Positions 56,620 to 64,000 of a stretch of DNA of 64,000 bases are shown one piece after another. The stretch spans positions 15,692-79,691 of the forward strand of contig JBQEAN010000004.1 in assembly GCA_052109075.1 (NCBI GenBank), written 5' to 3'. A model generated the notes under the pieces. It had not been told where the DNA came from, ran no database searches, and worked only from the letters and a program-made list of their open reading frames with translations. Made by a program: the position numbers and the translations under genes. The stretch is from Alcaligenes sp. GTDB lineage: Bacteria > Pseudomonadota > Gammaproteobacteria > Burkholderiales > Burkholderiaceae_B. How positions within the stretch are numbered: the stretch's first letter is position 1; every line of letters starts with the position of its first letter.

Positions 56620-58098
56620 ATGATTGTGAGCATTTTTGCGTACCTGATTCAGGCGCTATTCGTTTTAGTGGTAGGGGCCTTTGCCCTGTATGTGGTTCTG
56701 GAACTGCGGGTGTTGCTGATCTCGCGGCGGGTGGAACGTCGCAAGTTAAGTGAACTGGTGCAGTCGACAGTGGTTTTGCAACAGGACTGGTATCCCAAGG
56801 TCAGCGTGTTATTGCCGATCTATAACGAAGCGGCAGTCGTGGAGCGTTTGATCGATGCAGCGTGCCGATTGGATTACCCGGTGTCGGCCTTGGAAATCCT
56901 GGTGCTGGATGACTCCACGGATCAGACCGCGTTGCTGGCTCAGAATAAGGTGGATCAGTTGGCAAAGCAGGGTGTGCCGATCCGCCGTATTCAGCGAACC
57001 GATCGCTCGGGTTACAAGGCGGGGAATCTGGTGCATGGCATTCAGCACTCTCAAGGCGAGTTTTTTGCAATTTTTGATGCAGATTTTTTACCACCGGTCG
57101 ATTTTTTGAAGAAAACAATTCCCCCTTTTAAGGACGGGAAGCTCGGTTTTCTTCAAACCGGCATCGGTTACGAGAACCGAGATCATTCCTTTCTGACCCG
57201 CTTTCAGGCGATGGAGATGGGCCATCAGCAGTACGTGACGGTGGGCTTGAGCGAAGATGGCGATATGGCCTCTTTAAGCGGTAGCTCCTGTGTCTGGCGG
57301 CGCGCTTGCGTAGAGGCATTGGGTGGTTGGAATGCTTCTACCATTACCGAGGACGTAGACCTGGGTTATCGGGCGCAGTTTGGGGAATGGAAATACGCTT
57401 ATTTGCGTGATGTGGTGTCCATGTCCACCTTACCCGAGAACATTAGCGCCTTCCGTGTGCAGCGAGAGCGCTGGGGGCGGGGGCTCATCCACAGTGCCTT
57501 TAAGCACTTGGGGCAGATGTGGCATCAGGACATGCCTTTGATGAAACGCATGCATGCGTTTTCCATGATGTTTTCATCAGTCATGCTGGCATCTATTTAT
57601 GCCTTAATCTTGTTGAGCCTACCGCTGAACTATTTGCTGGATTTTGATCATGTGGTTTTGCAGTGGGGTGCGCCGCTCTTCTTTTTACTGGTAGCCGTCT
57701 GGGCCTTGAATAATGCCTTTGGGGCTCGCAAGGGGGCGCGTTTTGATGACAGGCCCGGCGTACTGGGAACCTTGTGGCATACCTATTTGTATGTCGCCAT
57801 GTTCCCGCCCATGGCTTGGTATTATTTTGTTGGTGGTGTGCGAGCTGCGTTCAAGGTCTATGGGGAATTTAATCGCACGCCCAAAGGCGCAGGCGAGAAG
57901 ACCACAAGACAGCCTCGCATTAATCTGTATTTGCTGATTGGTGAGGTGTTCACCTTCCTGTATTCGGCCTTTGCCTTGTATGTGGCCGTGCGTATGGGCA
58001 ATTACTTGTTGATACCCCTGAACGCGACAGTTTGCGTAGGCTTTGGCATGGTTTTGTACTGGTCCTTTCAAGAAAGGAGAACGCGTGAGCGTAGCTGA
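56620..58098 (+). CDS. Integral-membrane GT2 glycosyltransferase (D,D,D,QxxRW type)
   Basis: N-terminal TM helix, PIYNE, DDSTD, KAGNL, FDAD, TED and QRERW, then several C-terminal TM helices. Confidence 0.9.
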   Translation: MIVSIFAYLIQALFVLVVGAFALYVVLELRVLLISRRVERRKLSELVQSTVVLQQDWYPKVSVLLPIYNEAAVVERLIDAACRLDYPVSALEILVLDDSTDQTALLAQNKVDQLAKQGVPIRRIQRTDRSGYKAGNLVHGIQHSQGEFFAIFDADFLPPVDFLKKTIPPFKDGKLGFLQTGIGYENRDHSFLTRFQAMEMGHQQYVTVGLSEDGDMASLSGSSCVWRRACVEALGGWNASTITEDVDLGYRAQFGEWKYAYLRDVVSMSTLPENISAFRVQRERWGRGLIHSAFKHLGQMWHQDMPLMKRMHAFSMMFSSVMLASIYALILLSLPLNYLLDFDHVVLQWGAPLFFLLVAVWALNNAFGARKGARFDDRPGVLGTLWHTYLYVAMFPPMAWYYFVGGVRAAFKVYGEFNRTPKGAGEKTTRQPRINLYLLIGEVFTFLYSAFALYVAVRMGNYLLIPLNATVCVGFGMVLYWSFQERRTRERS

Positions 58099-58858
58099 AC
58101 CAGCAGGGCAGGAGCGGATTCTGATTACCGGTGCCACCAGTGCGATTGGTGGCGAGCTGGCGCTTTATTACGCCAAACCGGGTACAGAGCTGATGCTGCA
58201 TGGTCGCAATGTCGCCATTCTGGAGCCTTTGGCTGAACGTTGCCGACAGGTGGGGGCGCAGGTGCAGACCCATCAGCTGGATTTGCGTGATCTGGATGCT
58301 TTGCATGGTTGGTTGTCGCAATGTGCTGCGTTTGATCTCGTGATCGTGAATGCGGGCATGAACATTCATGTCGGCCCCAATGGCGAACCCGAGGCTTGGG
58401 AAGAGACTGAGCTGCTGCTGGACATCAATGTGAAAGCGACCTTGCGTGTGGTGCAGTCTGTGTTGCCTGCCATGCGGGCACGGGGGCGTGGTCAGATCGC
58501 TTTGATGAGCTCACTGGCGGCCTACTTTGGATTGCCGACTACGCCGTCTTACAGCGCCAGCAAAGCTGCCGTTAAAGCTTACGGTGAAGGCCTGCGTGGT
58601 TGGTTGGCTCCCGAGGGGATCAAGATCAATGTTGTGATGCCAGGCTATGTCAGCTCGCCCATGTGTGACGCCATGCCTGGCCCCAAACCATTTCTGTGGA
58701 CACCACAGCGGGCGGCCCAGCGTATTGCGCGTGGTCTTAAGGCCAATAAAGCGCGTATCAGCTTTCCTTTCCCTCTTAATCTGGGTTGCTGGTTTCTGGC
58801 GGTACTGCCTGCACGAGTGTCCGTCTTTATTCTGAGCAAAATCGGTTATGACGCTTGA
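58085..58858 (+). CDS. wcbP: Short-chain dehydrogenase/reductase, WcbP-like
   Basis: TGATSAIG, NAG and S...YSASK. It precedes a wcbQ-like gene, as in Burkholderia wcb loci. Confidence 0.82.
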   Translation: MSVAEPAGQERILITGATSAIGGELALYYAKPGTELMLHGRNVAILEPLAERCRQVGAQVQTHQLDLRDLDALHGWLSQCAAFDLVIVNAGMNIHVGPNGEPEAWEETELLLDINVKATLRVVQSVLPAMRARGRGQIALMSSLAAYFGLPTTPSYSASKAAVKAYGEGLRGWLAPEGIKINVVMPGYVSSPMCDAMPGPKPFLWTPQRAAQRIARGLKANKARISFPFPLNLGCWFLAVLPARVSVFILSKIGYDA

Positions 58859-60395
58859 GCCCGGTTTCTGGCCGGTAATCCTGGCCGCTCTGTCGGGCTT
58901 GGCTTTGACAGTAGGCTTGGAGCGTTGTTTGCAGACGGCGGTCAGCTTGCGTCGTCCGGTTGCTGCCTGGGCCTTGCACGTGGGCTTGTATGGTTTGACC
59001 TATGTGATTCTGGTCTTTATGCTGGGGCGGCCTATTTTTGCCACTGCTTTGCTGTGTGCGTTTTTTCTGCTGCTGGTTGTCGTCAGTAATGCCAAGTTCA
59101 AGGCCTTGCGTGAAGCTTTTGTTTTCCAGGATTACGAGTACTTTACCGACGCTCTCCGCCATCCTCGGCTCTATATCCCGTTCTTGGGCTGGGGCAAATT
59201 CTTTCTGGCAGCCGCAGGTTTTATTGCTGCCTTGACGATAGGTTTGTGGCTGGAAACAGTGCCGGCCTTGCGGGCTGCCTGGACGGCTCAATGGGGCGCT
59301 TTGGCTTTGCTCGCAGTGTTGAGCCTGGGTTTGCTGTTATGGGGCAATAGTGCGCGTTTGAAGGTGCAAATTGCACCGGAGCAGGATGTGCAAGCCTTAG
59401 GCTTATTGGCCAGCTTCTGGCGCTATTGGCAGCAAGGACGAAAACCCCCGATTTTATCTTCTCCATTTGCCCAAATGTCCCCGCAGACTTTGTCTGCTTT
59501 TTCCGGGGCTGGTCCCTTGGCGGATCAGCCTCATATGGTTTCTGTGCAAAGCGAGTCTTTCTTTGATGCCCGACGCATTTGGGATGGGATTCGGCCAGAG
59601 ATTCTGGCGGAGTTTGATCGCTTCAAGTCTCAAGCCAGCGCTTATGGTTGCCTGCAGGTTCCTGCTTGGGGGGCGAACACGGTACGTTCAGAGTTCTCCT
59701 TTTTGAGCGGTATCGAGAACACGGCTCTGGGCGTACATAGATTCAATCCGTATCGCGCGGTTTGTGCAGGCTGGTCGGTTGCGACCTTGGCCTCTTGGCT
59801 AAAGAGCCAGGGGTATCGCACAATTTGTATTCATCCTTATCCCGCCAGTTTCTACCAACGCAATCGCGTGTTCCCGCTGTTTGGCTTTGATGAGTTTTTG
59901 GATATCAAGGCGTTTGGCGCTGTGGAGCGTACTGGCCCTTATATCGGTGACCAGGCTGTGGCAGATAAAGTCGCCAGTGTGTTGGAGCAGGCGCAAGGTC
60001 CAGTCTTTATTCATGTCATCACCATGGAAAACCACGGGCCTTTGCATCTGGAAAAGGTGGCAGCGGGTGATATCGAGAGCGTGTATCGCCAAGCCCCCCC
60101 CGATGCATGTGAGGACCTGACGATTTATCTGCGCCACATCCGCAATGCCGATGCCATGCTGACACGCTTGCGTGGCGCTCTGAACTCGTCAGAACGGCCT
60201 GCCAGCTTGTGCTGGTATGGCGACCATGTTCCCATCATGCCCTCGGTGTATGCCGCCCTGGGCACGCCTTGCGGGGATGTGGATTACTTTATCTGGAACT
60301 CCACCGGAGATCACAAGGGGACGCAGCATCAAGATGCCGCGATTCATGATCTGGCGCGCGAGTGGATGCAGTTAAGTGGGGTAAAGGCCAAGTAG
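58848..60395 (+). CDS. wcbQ: LtaS/sulfatase-superfamily membrane protein, WcbQ-like
   Basis: N-terminal TM bundle, QSESF, GANTVRSEF (Thr nucleophile), TMENHGP and YGDH. Confidence 0.85.
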   Translation: MTLEPGFWPVILAALSGLALTVGLERCLQTAVSLRRPVAAWALHVGLYGLTYVILVFMLGRPIFATALLCAFFLLLVVVSNAKFKALREAFVFQDYEYFTDALRHPRLYIPFLGWGKFFLAAAGFIAALTIGLWLETVPALRAAWTAQWGALALLAVLSLGLLLWGNSARLKVQIAPEQDVQALGLLASFWRYWQQGRKPPILSSPFAQMSPQTLSAFSGAGPLADQPHMVSVQSESFFDARRIWDGIRPEILAEFDRFKSQASAYGCLQVPAWGANTVRSEFSFLSGIENTALGVHRFNPYRAVCAGWSVATLASWLKSQGYRTICIHPYPASFYQRNRVFPLFGFDEFLDIKAFGAVERTGPYIGDQAVADKVASVLEQAQGPVFIHVITMENHGPLHLEKVAAGDIESVYRQAPPDACEDLTIYLRHIRNADAMLTRLRGALNSSERPASLCWYGDHVPIMPSVYAALGTPCGDVDYFIWNSTGDHKGTQHQDAAIHDLAREWMQLSGVKAK

Positions 60396-60417
60396 GTGGC
60401 GACACCATCTGCTTGGC

Positions 60418-61983
60418 TCAAGATTTGAAGGCGTCTATCCAATGCCGTGTAGAAGCATCATGCTCGGCAGAGGTTTCCTTCTTCCCCGAGAGCTCCTGCA
60501 AAATACCGTTCGCCAGCACTTTCCCATACTCCACTCCCCATTGATCGAAGGGGTTGATACCCCAGATCAGAGCCTGAACAAAGATTTTGTGCTCGTACAA
60601 CGCCAATAGTGCACCCAAAGAGAAGGGGCTGAGACGGGGCAATACGATCAGGGAGTTGGGGCGGCCACCGGAGTGAACGCGATGGTGGGCCAGTTGCTCG
60701 GCTTGTTCTCCCTGGCCTTCGCATTCAGCCAAGGCTTGTTCGTAGGTCTTGCCGCGCATCAGGGCTTCGCGTTGGGCCAGGCAGTTGGCCAACAGCAGGT
60801 TGTGGTGTTCCGGCTCTTTATGGTCAGCCTGCTGGCAGACAATAAAGTCGACCGGCGCACCATCGCTTCCTTGATGCAACCATTGGTAGAACGTATGTTG
60901 TGCATCTGTGCCCGCCAGCCCCCAGACAGCAGCGCCGGTGGCGACGCCTACCGCTTGCCCGTTGGTGGTGACGGACTTGCCCAAAGACTCCATATCCAGC
61001 TGCTGGATGTAGGGCACCAGATTGCCCAGCCGGAAGTCGTAGGGGGAAATATTCAGCGAGCCATAGCCCAGCACACTGCGGTTCACCACACCGGTCAGTG
61101 CCATTTGCGCGGGGACGTTGGACGCGATAGGGGCTTCCTGAAAGTGCTGGTCCATAGCTGCTGCGCCTGAGAGCATGCCGGCGACCACATCGCTGCTGAC
61201 AGCCAACGCCGTGGTCAGGCTGACGGCGGACCATAAAGAAAAGCGGCCACCCACCCAATCCCAGAATTTGAAAATCTGTTTCTGCGGCACGCCCCAGTGT
61301 GATGCTATTTCAGGGCGGGCGGTAATGGCGACGATTTGCTCGTAGGGGTTGGCAACACCGGCTGCTTGTAACCATTCCAAGGCGCGTTGGCCGTTTTTCA
61401 GGGTCTCGGTTGTCGTGAAGGATTTGGACGCGATGACGACCAAGGTGTCGTGAGGGTCCACACCCGAGAGCGCATGCTCCAGCGCGTGACCGTCGATATT
61501 GGCTAAGAAGCGTACATGGCGCCAGCTGTGACGATAGCCAAAGGCCGATAGGGACAGTCGTACCCCCCAGTCGCTGCCACCGATACCAATGTGAATGATG
61601 TTGCGCCAGCGGCGCTCGGAGTCCGCGACCCGCACAAATTCATTCATGCGTTCGCGCTCTTTGGTGACTTCGGCCATGGGGGCGGGGGCACGCAGAGCGC
61701 TGTGCCAAGCAGCACGCTGTTCAGTGCAGTTGACGATGCCACCGCCTAGTAGCTGTTGGCGGGCCTTGTCGAAGTGACGGGCAGCCAGCAAGTCTTCACC
61801 GGCTTGTTGCAGCTCGGGTGAATGGCGTTGGCCACTTAAGTCCACTTGCAGTCCCGCTGCCTTCAGGCAATGCAGGTCCAGTGCGTAACGATCGGCCTGC
61901 AGGGCCGCCTCACAGAAACGTGCCCACTCTGGTAGACCGAGTAAGGGGATGACTGAAGACAGGGCGTTAGAGCTGGTGTGCAT
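60418..61983 (-). CDS. pgi: Glucose-6-phosphate isomerase
   Basis: GIGGS, SKSFTT.ET, WDWVGGRFS, QQLDMES.GK and FDQWGVE.GK. Confidence 0.97.
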   Translation of the reverse strand: MHTSSNALSSVIPLLGLPEWARFCEAALQADRYALDLHCLKAAGLQVDLSGQRHSPELQQAGEDLLAARHFDKARQQLLGGGIVNCTEQRAAWHSALRAPAPMAEVTKERERMNEFVRVADSERRWRNIIHIGIGGSDWGVRLSLSAFGYRHSWRHVRFLANIDGHALEHALSGVDPHDTLVVIASKSFTTTETLKNGQRALEWLQAAGVANPYEQIVAITARPEIASHWGVPQKQIFKFWDWVGGRFSLWSAVSLTTALAVSSDVVAGMLSGAAAMDQHFQEAPIASNVPAQMALTGVVNRSVLGYGSLNISPYDFRLGNLVPYIQQLDMESLGKSVTTNGQAVGVATGAAVWGLAGTDAQHTFYQWLHQGSDGAPVDFIVCQQADHKEPEHHNLLLANCLAQREALMRGKTYEQALAECEGQGEQAEQLAHHRVHSGGRPNSLIVLPRLSPFSLGALLALYEHKIFVQALIWGINPFDQWGVEYGKVLANGILQELSGKKETSAEHDASTRHWIDAFKS

Positions 61984-62075
61984 AGGAAGTCAGCATACAG
62001 TGGGCTAGAACGCTATTGTACGAGGCTTTAGGCAGGCTTGAGCAGACCGGGCCGTAACGGCGCTTGTCCTGATTT

Positions 62076-63086
62076 TCAGGCGTGGATTTGGACTAGAGTT
62101 TGCTCTTCATAGGGCAGTATCCAGGCTTGCAGGTTCGGGTCGCTGGCCAGAACTTTTGCAATCTCTTGGGGTGACATCCAGGAAAAGGCGGTGGACAGGG
62201 CATCGGCAATTGTGGCATTGCCTGCCACAACCGAGACACTGCGATACAAGGGGCGGGCCTGACCATTGGCAGGGTTGAACAGATGGGTGACCGAGCCATT
62301 TCGGCTTAGCGCTGTACCTGAACCTGATGAGGTGCTGACAGCCTGGTCGTGAATATCCAGATCCAGCAAGCTGGTACGCTCCATCGAGTCGCCCGCCAAG
62401 CCGACGCGCCAAGGGCGTTCGCCGGGAGCCATGCCCAAGCCACGTATCTCTCCCATATCAACCAGCGCGTGCCCCAGGCCAGCCTGTTTCAACTGTTCTG
62501 TTATGCGATCGGTAATGTAGCCCTGAGCAATGCCATTCAGGGTCAGGGCCATACCGGGCTGTTTCAGACGGATGGTGTCGCCTTGAATCTGGATGGCCTT
62601 GTGATTTACTTGCTGTAGGACTTGGTTCAGCTCCGCTTCGGTAGGAAGGTTGGAAGAGCTATCACTACGTTGCGCAGTCTGGCTATACAAGTCCCATAGC
62701 ACTTGCACGGTTGGGTCAAAGGCGCCTTGTGTTAACTCGCTAAGGCGCTGCGACTCCAGCAATAGGCGGGTCAAGTCGCCGGGGGCCTGTTTCAGATAAC
62801 CGTCGCGGTTCAGTCGTCTTAGCGCGCTGTCTTCCTGGTACAAACTGAATATCCGTTCCAGCCGCCGGACTTCGGACAGGGCTTGGTCAATCAGCGCCTG
62901 CGCAAATACGGGGTCGGGATGGTGGATGTGCAATTGCGCATCGGCGCCCAAGGCTACACCTTGCCAGGAGCTTAGGGCGGGGGTGGTCGTTTGTATGGCT
63001 TTTGCTGCCCAGGGCAAGCAAGTCAGGGCGCTAGTTGCGGCCACGATACCGATAAAACGACGACGGGATACAGGGGTAGAAGTCAT
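62076..63086 (-). CDS. nosX: FAD:protein FMN transferase (ApbE family), Tat-exported, NosX
   Basis: Tat motif SRRRFI, GAFDPTV, NGIAQGYI.D, STS, HLFNP and ADALST. It follows nosL. Confidence 0.9.
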   Translation of the reverse strand: MTSTPVSRRRFIGIVAATSALTCLPWAAKAIQTTTPALSSWQGVALGADAQLHIHHPDPVFAQALIDQALSEVRRLERIFSLYQEDSALRRLNRDGYLKQAPGDLTRLLLESQRLSELTQGAFDPTVQVLWDLYSQTAQRSDSSSNLPTEAELNQVLQQVNHKAIQIQGDTIRLKQPGMALTLNGIAQGYITDRITEQLKQAGLGHALVDMGEIRGLGMAPGERPWRVGLAGDSMERTSLLDLDIHDQAVSTSSGSGTALSRNGSVTHLFNPANGQARPLYRSVSVVAGNATIADALSTAFSWMSPQEIAKVLASDPNLQAWILPYEEQTLVQIHA

Positions 63087-63118
63087 GGCAAATACCTGGG
63101 GTCAGGAAAGTACGCGTT

Positions 63119-63634
63119 TCAAGGTAGTGCGACTGCACCAAAGATGTAGTTCTCGGGCATGTCGGCAAAGCGAACCAATTGGCCGCCATGTTGCTGCTGG
63201 AAGTCCTTGGCAGCCTGCTCCTGGCTGAAGGGCAGGGCATCAATGGTTCCCATGCCGCCGGTGTAGCGGCTGTAGATCAGGTACCAGGCGTCTTGGGCTG
63301 GTATCCAGGCCTGCTCTGGAAACTGGCCGTTTTCGTCCTTCTGCACCATGTCCTGAACATAAGTAGCGGCAATGGCTTTGGATTCCTCGGGCAGCATGGT
63401 GTAGGCAAAGACTTCGCGGATAGTGGTGAACCAAAGCGGTGCCTCGCGTTCGCGCAAAAGAATTTGTCCTTTGGGACCTTGATGCTCAAACAGGTACATG
63501 CCGCAGTAGTGCCCCACAGCCGTTTGGGGAATCTGGACGACGGGTGGGGGCGGTGCTTGTACTTGCTCGGGTTGGCCGCAGGCGGCCAGTATCAGGCCCA
63601 GGCAAAGTAATAAAAAGGTGCGTAGCTTTTTCAT
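63119..63634 (-). CDS. nosL: Nitrous oxide reductase copper chaperone lipoprotein NosL
   Basis: Lipobox LAAC, HYCGM, GPKGQI, YVQDM, GGMG and PF...A..F...HGG. Confidence 0.93.
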   Translation of the reverse strand: MKKLRTFLLLCLGLILAACGQPEQVQAPPPPVVQIPQTAVGHYCGMYLFEHQGPKGQILLREREAPLWFTTIREVFAYTMLPEESKAIAATYVQDMVQKDENGQFPEQAWIPAQDAWYLIYSRYTGGMGTIDALPFSQEQAAKDFQQQHGGQLVRFADMPENYIFGAVALP

Positions 63635-64000
63635 AAGGCCTTCTTTTTAAACACCAGGCTGGCCAGTCCAAAAGGAACGACGATCCATAGCAACAAGACA
63701 CCCATCAGCAAGCCGGCGGGCAGGCGCGCCTGCTCACTTAAACCTGCCATACCGGCGAACATGGCGACATTTTCGTAGCCGGTTAGATTCAGCAGGCGGT
63801 ACACATCGGTAGGATTGAACAGCAGGATGATGTTCAGCCAAGATGCGGTAATAGTGGCACCCTGGTCGGCAACCAGCATGCCCAGCAGCGCCATGTCGTA
63901 AATCACCACGAAAAATAGCCAGATGCCGATGGCCAAACCTGCCGCTGTAGCACGCTCTTTCACCAAGGTGCTGATGAAGTAGCCCATGGACAAGAAACTG
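63631..64000 (-). CDS. nosY: ABC permease NosY (C-terminal part; 5' end outside the window)
   Basis: AAGLAIGIW..FV.IYD and NPTDVYRL. It overlaps the nosL start. Confidence 0.88.
   Translation of the reverse strand, partial: SFLSMGYFISTLVKERATAAGLAIGIWLFFVVIYDMALLGMLVADQGATITASWLNIILLFNPTDVYRLLNLTGYENVAMFAGMAGLSEQARLPAGLLMGVLLLWIVVPFGLASLVFKKKAL

Noticed and set aside
56620-58098. Calling the GT2 a cellulose synthase BcsA
   Set aside because: It is too short, has no PilZ domain and has no bcsB/bcsC neighbours.

Overview
This is a GC-rich betaproteobacterial chromosome segment. Gene content and protein style suggest Alcaligenaceae, but that is an inference. It has four blocks. (1) 1-24679 is a type VI secretion cluster. 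It runs from a 5'-truncated vgrG through a DUF3592-like membrane protein, DUF2169/pentapeptide adaptors, a PAAR-like (DUF4150) protein fused to a PD-(D/E)xK nuclease and its acidic putative immunity gene, then tssA-B-C-hcp-E-F-G. An opposite-strand pair encodes a degenerate FHA protein and a TssQ-type lipoprotein, followed by tssJ-K-L-M-tagF and a kinase-like protein that has lost its catalytic motifs. No tssH/clpV or pppA lies in the window. (2) 24710-27294 holds an EamA/DMT transporter and an NCS2 purine permease, followed by about 1 kb of non-coding DNA. (3) 28296-60395 is a 20-gene ABC-transporter-dependent capsule locus. It begins with a WcbR-like iterative type I PKS and a WcbT-like PLP alpha-oxoamine synthase, then wza-kpsM-kpsT-kpsE, a coiled-coil protein and wecB-wecC. 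A low-GC mosaic cassette follows (two glycosyltransferases, a heparinase II/III-like protein, an SGNH protein), then a higher-GC tail (two deacetylases, three glycosyltransferases, a WcbP SDR, a WcbQ LtaS-family protein). No kpsS/kpsC or vexE is recognisable in the locus. (4) 60418-64000 holds pgi and the end of a nos operon (nosY, nosL, nosX). The best novelty candidates are: a capsule that may be anchored on a PKS-made sphingoid lipid through a non-Kdo linker; a T6SS whose kinase and FHA partner have both lost phospho-signalling residues but remain open ORFs; an evolved PAAR nuclease toxin/immunity pair; and an unnamed ~110-aa domain shared by two unrelated capsule enzymes. I saw no rRNA, tRNA, IS element or CRISPR array.
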